Assembly: GCF_963516875.1 (NCBI RefSeq)
Contig: NZ_CAUQCL010000008.1
Span: 711 to 64,710, forward strand
Length of the DNA stretch: 64,000 bases
Reading direction: 5' to 3'
Source of the DNA: an uncultured Granulicatella sp.
GTDB lineage: Bacteria; Bacillota; Bacilli; Lactobacillales; Aerococcaceae
Position numbers and translations under genes: made by a program
Notes under the pieces: model-generated
Databases searched by the model: none
What the model was told of the DNA's origin: nothing
What the model saw: only the letters and a program-made list of their open reading frames with translations
Shown: one piece after another, positions 1 through 10,511 of the stretch
Position numbering within the stretch: position 1 is the first letter of the stretch
Layout of the letters: each line of letters begins with the position of its first letter

Positions 1-3000
1 GTAAACTGGTTTTGCTTCTGAACCTAATACGTTAACTGTAATTTCTGCATCTTTTGTATAAGTTTTTCCATCTACTGTGTAAGTTACTGGAACTTTAACA
101 ATTCCTTTGTTCGTTCCTTTTTCTGCAGTGATTTTTGCTAAAACTTCTTCTGTAATTTCGCCAACCACTACATCTTTAGAACCTTCTGGTAATTTTGCTT
201 TGAAGTCAGCTGATGTTGCTACTTCTGTCGCTTTTGCTTTTGTAACTTCTTTTACTTTATCTACTGTTGAACCTTTTGGTACTTCTACTTCACCAGTTGC
301 TGTTGGTAAGACTACGACTGGGACTACTACTCTTTCCGATAACTCACCATTATTATATGTTACCGGAATGGCAACTTCTTTCGTACCTGGTTCAGCTGTA
401 ATATTAGCTTCTAAAAGCGGTTCTCCTTTAGTTCCATTTGTTCCCGGTGTTACAGCTGCTTTTACTTCTTCATCTGTTAAATCATCATCTTCAAACTTAA
501 CAATTTTATTTACTGTAGATCCTACCACCGTTACTGGAACTTCAACTTCTCTAGTTTCAACAACATTATTATTAGCATCTTTGTATTCTACTACTACTTT
601 TGCTGGAGTTTGGTCACCTATTGTAGTTGTTCCTGGAAGAGTTCCTGTTTTTACTTCTTTAATCGATACAGTAACTCCCGTAGGAATTTTATCTGTGGCA
701 ATTGCTTTAACTGCTTCTTTCGCTTTTTCTTTTACTACATTTTCTAAGTTAGTACTATCTTTTAGTACTGTTACTCCTGTTGGTGTTACTTTTGGTAAGA
801 CTACAACATCCACTTTTGTTTCTACTTGAATTGTTTCAGTATCTTTTGTGTACGTAACTGTTGCAGGAGTTGGCAATGTTTGCCCAGCTTTACCTGTAGT
901 AGTTGGAATATCTGTAATATCATTTTTACTTGGAGTAAATCCATCTACAGTTGTAGGGTTTACTTTTGCTTTTAATTCGTCATTCGTAACAGTATCATCT
1001 TCTACTTTATATAATTTATTTGTTTCTTGATCTTTAACTGTAATCACATAGGTCGTTGAAGCTACCGCAGAATTGTCATTTTCATTTGTTCCTGTTGCTG
1101 TATCTGAATCTGAATCTGCAGTAACTTTATTTCCATTACTGTCTTTTACATCTACTTTAACAGTGTACTCTCCTGTCTCTGTTAATTTCACCGCTGCTGC
1201 AGCTGCAAGACTAGTATATTCTGTTACCTTCCCTGAAGGAGCCGTTAATGTTACTTTTGTAACTGTTGTTTCCTTTTTATTTGGAGCAGTTGTCGCATCA
1301 TCTTCTCTATCTGTAATCGTTACTGTAGCTGATTTTTGTTTTACTAAATCTACTGTTGCACCTTTTACAGTTGTATAAGAAGTTGAATGAACAGCTGGAG
1401 CATCATTTAATACAGACGCTTTATCTGAACTTTCTGCATAAACTGCATCAACTGTTCCATTGAATCCTGATGAAGTAGAAATTGTCCATTTATCTCCAGT
1501 TTTCGTTGCTGTTACAGTTGAGTTATCATCTGCAGTCCATTTATTTAGTCCCTTGTTGTATTTTACAGTTACGATCATTCCTTTATTCGTATCATTAGCT
1601 GACTCCGCTGCACTATTTGATGCATTTTCTTTGTTATAAGTTGTTAATGTACGAGTAGGATCGCTAACAGCTGTTACTTTTCCTTCTGCATTTAAGGTAC
1701 GAGTATATTCATAAACATTGAATATTGTTTCACCGTTTTTATCAACATCAACGTATAAATCACGTTTTAACCATGTAGTTGTTCCATCACTGTTAACTGT
1801 TTTCTTCTCAGCGATTTCAGCTGGCAAATCCCAACGACCTGTAACTTTATTAAAGGTTGCTGTTACATTTTCTCCAAGTTTAGTTTTTAAAGCTACTTCT
1901 GCTCTTGTAAATGTTGCTGTTACATTCTCACTACTTGCAGTTACCTTAATATTATCCGTAGCTGCTTTAGCCGTTGCAGTTGGAAGTACTTTTAGATTAA
2001 AAGTTTCGCCAACTGTACCGATTTCATCATTAACATTTACAGCTGTATTTGTAGTTTCTGTAACAACCCATTTCCCATCTTTGGCAACAACTTTTGTATT
2101 TGTGCCATCTGGTAATGTAATCGTAGCTTCTGAAGCACCTCTTGAAATTGTAATTGGTACTTCTTTATCATATGCATGTACATTTTTCACAGATACTGCA
2201 GGTGAAATTTTAAAGGTAGCATGTGCATATGCTTCATTCGCATTAGTTTCTTTATAGTCTCGTGCATAAATAGAGACACGGTAAATCCCTGCTTCAGTCG
2301 GTGTCCCTTTAAATCCATTTTTATTTCGTTCAGTCATGTCATTTGAGGCAATTGTGAAACCGACACCAGGAATTTTAGTGTCATCCCCTGTTAAATCTGT
2401 AACAGTACTAGCACCTGCCCCTGTAGTTCCAGTAATTTTCACTCCAGAAACACCAAGAATTGCACGTCCCACAGTTTCTCTAATCGTTGCTGTACGGTTA
2501 AGAGGATTTCCATTTTCATCCGTTAAACTATAAGGAATATTTCTACCATTTGGTGCACCAGCATGGGAAGCTCCAGCATCTCTATATTCTACTGGTACTA
2601 CAAGTTCTTCTCCTACTTTACCTTCTTTAACGGCATCGTTAATTTCTAACGTAGGTGGCGTACCATCTTTCCATGCTGTACCACCGTATCTATGTAGATC
2701 TAACGGAATTCTTACATTTTTTCCAGTTTTGGTATTAGTAAAAGTAACTGTCGCCACTAGTTTTTGATAGTTAAATGGACTACTATGCGTTACAACCCCT
2801 TGTATACTATCCGATTGTTTATCATATACTAATCCCCCAGGCATATTTGATACTGTAAAATCAGAAACAGTCCAACCTGCCGCTTTCGCTTCTTCTGTTA
2901 CTTCAATACGTTTACTTGCATCTTTGACGTAAACTTTATCAATTCCTTGTTCATAACCAAGTTTATAAATACTTGATAATAAATATTCGTACGGTCCACC

Positions 3001-4014
3001 ACCAAAGTAAGTAGAAGCGGCTGAACTTTGAATTCTTGTATTATTATATTTCAATTTTCCACGCCATAGAGGAGCTTCTTCAATAATTTTTTGTACTTCT
3101 TCTGCAGGAAGTTTCAATCCGTAGTCAACACGTGCCTTGACATCACTTGGTTGCAACTCAAATGTAAAGTTAGATGGTCCAGGTGTAACACGCGTACCTG
3201 CTCTTTGATCAGAAAACACTCTGAATTGTAATCCTTCAGCATTCGCTTTTTGTTCCGCTGAGTCTACCCCTAGTGTTCCTGATCCAGATTGGACACCGAA
3301 TGGCATTTTATACGTATCCCAACCAGTAAAGTTTTCTCGTGATACTGTACTTGTACTACCTATAATATTTTTCGCAGTTGGTTTTGCTGGTGTTGTTGGT
3401 GTCAACTCATCATTTGTTACAGTTGTTGTGCCACCATTACCTGATGTGTCCGCTCTAAACCCACTCTCACCTTTTCCAGGAATAGCTTTCCCATTTCTTG
3501 GATCTTGGTTTTTATTTACTTTTTCTTCTGTAGATTTATCAGCTTCTTTTTCAGTTTTTTTATCCTTTTCTTTTGGCATACTTTCTAATACAAATGCCTT
3601 AGAAGTTAATTCAGATGTGAATTTATCCACTTCTAATTGTTGGATATCTGAACGAGATACTGCTTGTTGCGCTTTTGATAATAACTCTTTTGCTGCAGTA
3701 ATTGTTGTAGTAGTTTTCTCTGTTTCTGTTACTTTTCCTAACAATTGACTCAATCGTTCAATTGCTTCGGATAATTTTGAAGTGTTGACTTTTTCAGCAA
3801 CTTCTGTTTTAATATTCTTTCCAGTTTCTGGAGCTTTCGTTTCCGTTGCATGTGTATTGACTACTTCTTCAGCAGCTGCTTGTACATTTGTACCACCTAG
3901 CACAGCTAATCCAGAAGCAATTGCTACACTGGCAACTCCAACCGTAAATTTACGGATACTATATCTCAAAAATCTTTGTGCTTGAATTGCACGTAAATTT
4001 TGATTCTTTTTCAA
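1..4014 (-). CDS. Large YSIRK-signal surface protein/adhesin with repeated beta-rich (Rib/Ig-like) domains; 3' end lies beyond the window edge
   Basis: Minus strand reads GGAGG RBS, then TTG at 4014: MKKNQNLRAIQAQRFLRYSIRKFTVGVASVAIASG (YSIRK-G/S motif), followed by Thr/Val/Lys-rich domains. The + strand ORFs here are antisense shadows. Confidence 0.85.
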   Translation of the reverse strand, partial: MKKNQNLRAIQAQRFLRYSIRKFTVGVASVAIASGLAVLGGTNVQAAAEEVVNTHATETKAPETGKNIKTEVAEKVNTSKLSEAIERLSQLLGKVTETEKTTTTITAAKELLSKAQQAVSRSDIQQLEVDKFTSELTSKAFVLESMPKEKDKKTEKEADKSTEEKVNKNQDPRNGKAIPGKGESGFRADTSGNGGTTTVTNDELTPTTPAKPTAKNIIGSTSTVSRENFTGWDTYKMPFGVQSGSGTLGVDSAEQKANAEGLQFRVFSDQRAGTRVTPGPSNFTFELQPSDVKARVDYGLKLPAEEVQKIIEEAPLWRGKLKYNNTRIQSSAASTYFGGGPYEYLLSSIYKLGYEQGIDKVYVKDASKRIEVTEEAKAAGWTVSDFTVSNMPGGLVYDKQSDSIQGVVTHSSPFNYQKLVATVTFTNTKTGKNVRIPLDLHRYGGTAWKDGTPPTLEINDAVKEGKVGEELVVPVEYRDAGASHAGAPNGRNIPYSLTDENGNPLNRTATIRETVGRAILGVSGVKITGTTGAGASTVTDLTGDDTKIPGVGFTIASNDMTERNKNGFKGTPTEAGIYRVSIYARDYKETNANEAYAHATFKISPAVSVKNVHAYDKEVPITISRGASEATITLPDGTNTKVVAKDGKWVVTETTNTAVNVNDEIGTVGETFNLKVLPTATAKAATDNIKVTASSENVTATFTRAEVALKTKLGENVTATFNKVTGRWDLPAEIAEKKTVNSDGTTTWLKRDLYVDVDKNGETIFNVYEYTRTLNAEGKVTAVSDPTRTLTTYNKENASNSAAESANDTNKGMIVTVKYNKGLNKWTADDNSTVTATKTGDKWTISTSSGFNGTVDAVYAESSDKASVLNDAPAVHSTSYTTVKGATVDLVKQKSATVTITDREDDATTAPNKKETTVTKVTLTAPSGKVTEYTSLAAAAAVKLTETGEYTVKVDVKDSNGNKVTADSDSDTATGTNENDNSAVASTTYVITVKDQETNKLYKVEDDTVTNDELKAKVNPTTVDGFTPSKNDITDIPTTTGKAGQTLPTPATVTYTKDTETIQVETKVDVVVLPKVTPTGVTVLKDSTNLENVVKEKAKEAVKAIATDKIPTGVTVSIKEVKTGTLPGTTTIGDQTPAKVVVEYKDANNNVVETREVEVPVTVVGSTVNKIVKFEDDDLTDEEVKAAVTPGTNGTKGEPLLEANITAEPGTKEVAIPVTYNNGELSERVVVPVVVLPTATGEVEVPKGSTVDKVKEVTKAKATEVATSADFKAKLPEGSKDVVVGEITEEVLAKITAEKGTNKGIVKVPVTYTVDGKTYTKDAEITVNVLGSEAKPVY

Positions 4015-4094
4015 AATATTCCCTCCTAATTTTAGAATTATTCCTATTTTAAAAAGAAATCTTCTTAAAATAAATTATTATGATACATTTCTAC

Positions 4095-4158
4095 TCTAAT
4101 GTAAATACTAAAAAAATGCAAGTAAAATGGAGCGTTTTTTTTTTTTTTTGAAAACGCT
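4095..4158 (-). promoter_or_regulatory. Putative sigma-A promoter of the YSIRK gene with an adjacent 15-nt homopolymer and a cre-like site
   Basis: Minus strand TTGCAT-17 bp-TAGAGT. T15 run at 4135-4149 just upstream of the -35. TGAAAACGCT adjacent. Confidence 0.45.
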
Positions 4159-4329
4159 ACCTTTACTTTCTATACAACATTCTAAAAACAATTCTCCTTC
4201 TAACTCTCACAACATGTAGATAACTTTTTTAGAACTATTCTGTTATTATTTTTTGATTATATATTCAAACTAATTTCTATATAATTCTGTACATAAAATG
4301 TACCGTCCTTCATTATTTTTCTTTGTCAG

Positions 4330-5020
4330 ATTTAAGTTTGAACCGGGACTATAAGCCCTGATTACAAGCCTTATTGCTTTTGACTCGTCACTTGCCTCTT
4401 AAAGTGGCGTTTGTATTACTTACCATCATCTCTGAAGGGATACTCATACTCTTTTACACTTAATTTATCGATTGCTATATCATATTTTTCTTGTTCTTGT
4501 ATATATTTTCTTATGGTAGATTCATTGAGACCTACTGTGCTTACATAATATCCTTCTACCCAAAAATGACGGTCCCAAATTTATATTTTAAATTTGTGTG
4601 TTTATCAAACATCATTAGTGCGCTTTTTCCTTTTAAATATCTCATAAAATTTGAAACACTTATTCTTAGTGGAATACTTACCAACATATGAACATGATCC
4701 GGCATAAGATGCCCTTCTATAATCTCTACTCCTTTATAACTACACAATCGACGAAATATTTCTCCCAAACTTTTCCTATATTGATTATAGATAACTTTCC
4801 GTCTATACTTAGGTGTAAAAACAATGTGGTATTTACACATCCATTTTGTATGTGATAAACTATTAGCTTTTTCAACCATATTTTTTCTCCTCTCGCTATA
4901 TGATGGGCTTGAATACCTTTATTGTATCGCGATTGGAGTTTTTTGGTATAACCTTCGATGCGCACCCGCATAGCGGGTGGTTTATTTGCCACGCACCTAC
5001 GGAGCGTGACGGACTGAAAG
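4330..5020 (-). mobile_element. IS200/IS605-family element (tnpA only); boundaries approximate
   Basis: Contains a Y1 tnpA. Subterminal hairpin ACCCGC-ATA-GCGGGT near 4964-4978. Sits directly after the rpmE2 terminator. Confidence 0.75.
4416..4879 (-). pseudogene. tnpA: IS200 transposase TnpA, frameshifted
   Basis: KYHIVFTPKYRRK and HUH motif DHVH present. The ORF stops at 107 aa, but another frame from about 4572 continues RHFWVEGYYVSTVGLNESTIRKYIQEQEK...DDGK-stop at 4416. Confidence 0.85.
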
Positions 5021-5026
5021 TCACAC

Positions 5027-5059
5027 AAAAAAACCTTTCTCGAAATCGAGAAAGGTTTG
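5027..5059 (-). terminator. Intrinsic terminator of rpmE2
   Basis: AAACCTTTCTCG-AAAT-CGAGAAAGGTTT hairpin with a U tract on the minus strand. Confidence 0.75.
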
Positions 5060-5071
5060 AGAATTGTCTTC

Positions 5072-5317
5072 TTATTTGAGACCGTATTTTTTGTTGAAAC
5101 GATCCACACGTCCGTCTGCTTGTGTGAATTTTTGACGACCTGTATAGAATGGGTGAGAATCTGAAGTGATCTCAACACGTAATAATGGGTATTCGTTACC
5201 ATCTTCCCATTGTACAGTTTCGTTTGATGATTTTGTTGAACCTGATAAGAATTTGAATCCAGTAGTTGTATCCATGAAAACAACTGGACGATATTCTGGG
5301 TGAATTCCTTGTTTCAT
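5072..5317 (-). CDS. rpmE2: 50S ribosomal protein L31 type B
   Basis: MKQGIHPEY...[13 protein letters not shown]...[11 protein letters not shown]; lacks CxxC zinc motifs. Confidence 0.97.
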   Translation of the reverse strand: MKQGIHPEYRPVVFMDTTTGFKFLSGSTKSSNETVQWEDGNEYPLLRVEITSDSHPFYTGRQKFTQADGRVDRFNKKYGLK

Positions 5318-5328
5318 TTTCTATTCCT

Positions 5329-5362
5329 CCTGCCCTGAATTATTGCCTAATCCAGAGTTATT
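5329..5362 (-). promoter_or_regulatory. Putative L31 ribosomal-protein leader hairpin
   Basis: Minus strand CTCTGGATT-AGGCAAT-AATTCAGGG stem abutting the GGAGG RBS; L31 leaders are known in Firmicutes. Confidence 0.5.
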
Positions 5363-5475
5363 TATTTTTATGCATAAAGCAACACAAGTATAATAGCATG
5401 CTTAGACCTAGAATGCAACTATTTTTATTAGGTGAAATGAATTTTCTTAGTGTAAAATTTCTAACCCAACTCACC

Positions 5476-6495
5476 CTAATCTCCTAGTTCTAAACCAGGC
5501 ATTGCATTGACATCCATCGCCACAAAATCTTGTTCTAACCATTTTGAATACGCAGCTGCACCAATCATTGCAGCATTATCGCCACATAAATTCATTGGTG
5601 GAATCGAGAAGGTTACCGTTGGATAATGACTTTGCATCATCTCTTGTAGTCCTGTTCTAAGTCCACGGTTTGCTGCGACTCCTCCTGCTAATACAAATTG
5701 CTTCACAGGATATTCTTCTAGTGCACGTTTACTTTTTTCTACTAATACTTCCACGACACTTGCTTGGAAACTTGCCGCAACATTTTCTGGCACAATTTCT
5801 TCGCCTTTTTGTTTTGCATTATGAATACGATTAATAACTGCTGACTTTAATCCACTAAAACTAAAGTCATAATGGTCTTCATGAATCATCGCTCTTGGAA
5901 AATTATACACATCTTCTCCAATATGCGCTAATTCATCCATTTTCTTCCCACCTGGATAAGGTAAGTTTAAAATTCTTCCAATCTTATCATACGCTTCTCC
6001 AGCTGCATCATCTCGAGTTTCCCCTATAATTTCAAACTGTCCGTCTTGTGGCATATAGACTAATTCTGTATGTCCACCACTCACGACTAATGCCATCAAT
6101 GGAAATTGTAAAGGTTCGATTAATTGATTTGCATAAATATGTCCTGCCATATGGTTAACAGCAATTAATGGTTTGTTCGCTGCTAAAGCAACTGCTTTTG
6201 CAGCTGAAATACCGATGAGTAAAGCTCCGACTAATCCTGGTCCAATCGTTACCGCTACTGCATCGATTTCTTCCATTGTTTTGCCACCTTGCACTAATGC
6301 TTCTTCTATTACTTGCGTAATTTGTTCTACATGGTGACGGCTTGCAATTTCTGGTACAACTCCTCCAAATCGCATATGACTTTTGATTTGAGAAGCGACA
6401 ATATTTGATAATAAGGTACGACCATTGACAACAACTGCTGCACTTGTTTCATCACAGCTACTTTCAATAGCTAGAATAACGACTTCTTTTGTCAT
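5476..6495 (-). CDS. tsaD: tRNA N6-threonylcarbamoyltransferase subunit TsaD
   Basis: [49 protein letters not shown]. Confidence 0.97.
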   Translation of the reverse strand: MTKEVVILAIESSCDETSAAVVVNGRTLLSNIVASQIKSHMRFGGVVPEIASRHHVEQITQVIEEALVQGGKTMEEIDAVAVTIGPGLVGALLIGISAAKAVALAANKPLIAVNHMAGHIYANQLIEPLQFPLMALVVSGGHTELVYMPQDGQFEIIGETRDDAAGEAYDKIGRILNLPYPGGKKMDELAHIGEDVYNFPRAMIHEDHYDFSFSGLKSAVINRIHNAKQKGEEIVPENVAASFQASVVEVLVEKSKRALEEYPVKQFVLAGGVAANRGLRTGLQEMMQSHYPTVTFSIPPMNLCGDNAAMIGAAAYSKWLEQDFVAMDVNAMPGLELGD

Positions 6496-7580
6496 TGTTC
6501 ATATGCTCCTTTCTTAAGTTCTAATCGATAGAGTAAGGCATCTTCTAATGGTTCTGTATAGTAATCACGCCTTCTGTGATAACACTCGAATCCTAAAATT
6601 TCATATAATTGCTGAGCACGATGATTAAATTCTCGTACTTCTAAAAATACGGTTGCGACTTCTTGCAACCCTAAATCATATAATGCCATTTGCCATAAGC
6701 GTTGGGCAAGTCCCTTTCCTTGGAATCCTGTATGAATGACAATATTCGTAATCGTTGCTTCATCTAAGACGACTTGCATCCCAACAAATCCAATTAATGT
6801 ATCCACATGATACACGCCGTAATAAGCTCCATATTCAGAAGCAATATCTTCTTGGAACGCTTTTGCACTCCAATGTCCAGGATATTCATAATGTTGTTGC
6901 ACTAATTGGTATAACTGTTCTGCTACATCATCTTCTACTGTCAATCGTTTAAACGAAAACTCTGATGATGAGAAGGATTCTGGTGTTTTAGGGGGTAATG
7001 GATAAGTCATCAGTACCGCATCCTCTACTTCATTTTTATAATATTTGTCTTTATAACCTGTTTGAATAAATCCAAACTTTTCATATAAACGAATGGCCTT
7101 AGTATTGGAAACTCTGACTTCTAGGGAAATGGAATCTTTTTCTAATAAGCGTGCGTATTTTTCTAATTGCTTCATTAATAAAGTCGCACATCCTAAAAAT
7201 CGAATATCCGAATGAACCGCAATATTCGTAATATGAAGATCTTCCGGAGTTACTCTTGCACCTACAAATGCCTGTATCGTTTCTTCTAATTCAATAACGA
7301 TATAAATTGCTTTTGTATTATAGGTTAAATCTTCTCCAAAGGCTTCTTTCATCCAAGGGGGATTTCCCATATACGCTTCCTCTTCTACTGCTGCAATAGC
7401 ATCAACATCCTCTACAGTAGCTAATCTAATCGTTGCAATTTGTCCATTAGAAAGAGGGATTCGTTTTGGTTGTTGGGGTAATTGGTGAGCAATAAAATCT
7501 CCTACAGGAATTGCTTGATCAACTAATCTTTCTAATTGTTGCCATAAAGATTGTGTCCAATCCTTACATACGCTCCACAT
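6492..7580 (-). CDS. rimI: Tandem double RimI-like GNAT acetyltransferase
   Basis: Two copies of ITNI...LEVR..N..A..LYE..GF...YY...EDA; located between tsaB and tsaD. Confidence 0.85.
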   Translation of the reverse strand: MWSVCKDWTQSLWQQLERLVDQAIPVGDFIAHQLPQQPKRIPLSNGQIATIRLATVEDVDAIAAVEEEAYMGNPPWMKEAFGEDLTYNTKAIYIVIELEETIQAFVGARVTPEDLHITNIAVHSDIRFLGCATLLMKQLEKYARLLEKDSISLEVRVSNTKAIRLYEKFGFIQTGYKDKYYKNEVEDAVLMTYPLPPKTPESFSSSEFSFKRLTVEDDVAEQLYQLVQQHYEYPGHWSAKAFQEDIASEYGAYYGVYHVDTLIGFVGMQVVLDEATITNIVIHTGFQGKGLAQRLWQMALYDLGLQEVATVFLEVREFNHRAQQLYEILGFECYHRRRDYYTEPLEDALLYRLELKKGAYEQ

Positions 7581-8295
7581 AGTTAATCTCCTGTTCTTCT
7601 TGATGATTCGCTATCCAATTTTCTTCTGCTTCTGCTAATTTTAAATACGTCGGCACAAAAATATCTGCATCTTCTTCTGGTCCAACTTGTGCTAATTTTC
7701 CAAAAAGTCCTGCATGAACTACTGCATCATTCTCTGTAGTAAAAACAGCTTTTTCTCCTAATTTTTCAACAATCAACTCTTTTTGTACATCTGTTAATTG
7801 TCCTACAAAATAAAGAGGAGCTTCATAAGTCGCTAACTCTTCTAACCAATCCACCCAAGAAATATGACGTTCTGGGACTACCAATTGTGGAAATAGTTGG
7901 TTCACTTGATAAAGACCCGTAAAAATATTCTCTCTACGAGCATCAAAAAATGGAACAACATAGGCTCCCTCAGGAACAACTTCTACAACATTTGCAACAA
8001 TCGCTTGTAAACTTGAAACAGATTTTAGCGGAATATGCAATGTCTTCGCAAGAGTTTTCGCAACGGTTACTCCAATTCTAAGTCCAGTATACGAACCTGG
8101 TCCTTTGGCAACAATCACACCTGTTAGTTCTTGCATACTGACTTGACTTTCTTGAAGTACTTCTTGAATTGCCGGCATTAGTTTGACGCTATGTTGTAAC
8201 GTGTCTGGAACTGTTTGTTCAACAATCGTTCCCTCATCTTTGACAATGGCAACCGATAAAGTTTTATTTGAGGTATCAATAGCCAATACGGGCAT
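7564..8295 (-). CDS. tsaB: TsaB (t6A biosynthesis)
   Basis: LAIDTS, GPGSYTGLRIG, DARR motifs. Confidence 0.95.
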   Translation of the reverse strand: MPVLAIDTSNKTLSVAIVKDEGTIVEQTVPDTLQHSVKLMPAIQEVLQESQVSMQELTGVIVAKGPGSYTGLRIGVTVAKTLAKTLHIPLKSVSSLQAIVANVVEVVPEGAYVVPFFDARRENIFTGLYQVNQLFPQLVVPERHISWVDWLEELATYEAPLYFVGQLTDVQKELIVEKLGEKAVFTTENDAVVHAGLFGKLAQVGPEEDADIFVPTYLKLAEAEENWIANHQEEQEINYVERM

Positions 8296-8401
8296 AGAGC
8301 ACTTCCTTTCTAGTTTTTATTGGAAGAAGGGCAAGTAGTACTTCTCGTTGCACATTTGCCCTCTTCAATCATTTATTCAAATGTTCTTTCTTTTCACATT
8401 G

Positions 8402-8617
8402 GAAAGATGAAATCAACGTGCGTTTCAGAAGGAATCCGGTGCGACTTTCGTCGCCCTCGGCTTCTTCTTCCAACGGTTCGATTCAGAACATCTTTCTTCA
8501 CACATTATTTAATCCGGCTCAGAAAGATTGAATCGACGTGCGTTTCGGTGGAATCCGGTGCGATATTCATCGCCCTCGTCTTCCCCCTCCAACGGTTCGA
8601 TTCAGAGTATCTTTCTT
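8402..8617. repeat. Two tandem ~96-bp GC-rich palindromic units (period 120 bp)
   Basis: Units at 8402-8497 and 8522-8617, each GAAAGAT...GTGCGTTTC...GGAATCCGGTGCGA...TCGCCCTCG...CCAACGGTTCGATTCAGA..ATCTTTC. Confidence 0.85.
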
Positions 8618-8628
8618 CGCACCTTTTC

Positions 8629-10077
8629 TTAGTACGCTCTTGCGATCCACACTGTTTGTGTTGCTGGTTTACCTGATACGATACATGTTTCTTTCTTCAC
8701 TGGTGGGTTGAATGGAATATTACGAGTCGTAAATCCAGTTTCTTCTTTGATTTTCGCTTCTGTTTCTTCTGTTCCATCCCAACCAACTAATACCCAACCA
8801 GGTACTTCGCCAGCTTCACGTTTTGCTTCAATATGAGCTTTTAATTCATCTAAAGTATCAATGTTTGTATATTCATTAGAAGCACGCATTGCACGAGCTG
8901 TTTCTAATAAACGTCCTTGCATTTTTTCTAATTCAGATTGAATTGTTTCTACTAACACATCAAAACCTACCGCAACTTTTTCATCTAAGTCACGCATTTT
9001 TGTCATTACTTGATTATTTTCTAAGTCACGTGGTCCACATTCAATACGCATTGGAACTCCACGTAATTCCCATTCATTGAATTTGAATCCTGGTGAGTTA
9101 TCAGTGTCATCGATTTTCACACGTAAGCCTGCTGCTTTTAATTGTTGTTGTAATTCTTCTAATTTTTCTAAGATAGCAGGATTTTTCTTCCATGGTCCAA
9201 CTGGAATTAAAACTACTTGTGTTGGAGCTACTTTTGGAGGTAATACTAATCCTTGTTCGTCTCCGTGTGTCATAATTAATGAACCGATTAAACGAGTTGA
9301 TACTCCCCATGAAGTTGTATGAGCGTGTACGTGTTCGTTTTCTTTTGTTAAATATTTAATGTCAAATGCTTCCGCAAATTTTGTTCCCATATAGTGAGAA
9401 GTTCCAGCTTGTACAGCTTTTCCATCTTTCATCATTGCTTCGATTGAGTAAGTATCTACCGCACCAGCAAAACGTTCTGATGGAGTTTTTTGTCCTTCAT
9501 AAATAGGAACAGCTAATACGCCTTCTACTACTTCTTTATAAATGTCTAACATTTTCATTGTACGACGACGTGCATCTGCTTCATCTGCGTGAGCAGTATG
9601 TCCTTCTTGCCATAAAAATTCAGATGTACGTAAGAATGGTAAAGTTTTCTTTTCCCAACGGAATACATTTGCCCATTGGTTTACTTCATATGGTAAATCA
9701 CGGTATGAATTAATCCAGTTTGAAAATGCAGTTCCAATCATTGTTTCACTTGTTGGACGTAACGCTAAACGTTCTTCTAATTTTTCGCCTGCTGCTTCTG
9801 TTACCCATGGTAATTCTGGAGCAAATCCTTCAATATGATCTGCTTCTTTTGTGAAGAAGCTTTCTGGAATTAACATTGGAAAATATGCATTGCGAATTCC
9901 TTCTTCTTTAAAACGACGGTTAAATTCTTCTTGAATATGTTCCCAAATTTCATAACCATCTGGTTTGAAAATCATACATCCACGCACTGGTGAATAATCC
10001 ATTAAATCAGCTTTTTGAATCGTTTGGATATACCATTTTGAGAAATCTTCTCTTTGTAAGTTTGTTTTTTCTGCCAT
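8629..10077 (-). CDS. proS: Proline--tRNA ligase, archaeal/eukaryotic-like type (no INS editing domain)
   Basis: LRPTSET, EFLWQEGHTAHA, TSWGVSTRLIG, C-terminal ARAY; 482 aa. Confidence 0.93.
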   Translation of the reverse strand: MAEKTNLQREDFSKWYIQTIQKADLMDYSPVRGCMIFKPDGYEIWEHIQEEFNRRFKEEGIRNAYFPMLIPESFFTKEADHIEGFAPELPWVTEAAGEKLEERLALRPTSETMIGTAFSNWINSYRDLPYEVNQWANVFRWEKKTLPFLRTSEFLWQEGHTAHADEADARRRTMKMLDIYKEVVEGVLAVPIYEGQKTPSERFAGAVDTYSIEAMMKDGKAVQAGTSHYMGTKFAEAFDIKYLTKENEHVHAHTTSWGVSTRLIGSLIMTHGDEQGLVLPPKVAPTQVVLIPVGPWKKNPAILEKLEELQQQLKAAGLRVKIDDTDNSPGFKFNEWELRGVPMRIECGPRDLENNQVMTKMRDLDEKVAVGFDVLVETIQSELEKMQGRLLETARAMRASNEYTNIDTLDELKAHIEAKREAGEVPGWVLVGWDGTEETEAKIKEETGFTTRNIPFNPPVKKETCIVSGKPATQTVWIARAY

Positions 10078-10107
10078 ATTAGCACTCCTTTTCTAAATAT
10101 CGTGGAA

Positions 10108-10325
10108 CAAAAAGAGCCATTCTCCCTATAAAAAGGACGAATGACTCGCGGTACCACCTTTAATTACATTTCATGTTAAATGTCTCTTGAAACGTGATAA
10201 CGGTACGTGAACCGGATTATTTTCATAATCAATATGCTGGTAGGTTCAATTCTAAAAGCGGGGGTTCTCTCTCAGCTATGAAGAACTTTCTGTACCCATT
10301 TCAGAACTTACTATTCCATGCATTA
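10108..10325 (-). promoter_or_regulatory. T-box riboswitch (Pro, CCU specifier)
   Basis: Minus strand AAGGTGGTACCGCG T-box, GAA-CCT specifier, terminator stem with U tract before the proS RBS. Confidence 0.88.
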
Positions 10326-10511
10326 TACTACCGAAAAAACGGCTAGAAAGCAAGTGTTATGGTCACAAAAAAACATTCCCTATAACGAATAGCATGAGTC
10401 TGCCACTGCGAGTTGCTTCCATCCTACGTATCAGAAAAAATTCTTTTGTATCCTTCATTTGTACGTCACTCATTACTTTATTTCAAAACGAAAAAATTCT
10501 TTTGTAGTGCC

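Noticed and set aside
107..3985. Plus-strand ORFs rich in S/T/V/F
   Set aside because: Antisense shadows of the long minus-strand YSIRK gene
4726..5283. 185-aa minus-strand ORF overlapping rpmE2 and tnpA
   Set aside because: Alternative frame across two recognised genes and a terminator; no RBS or motif
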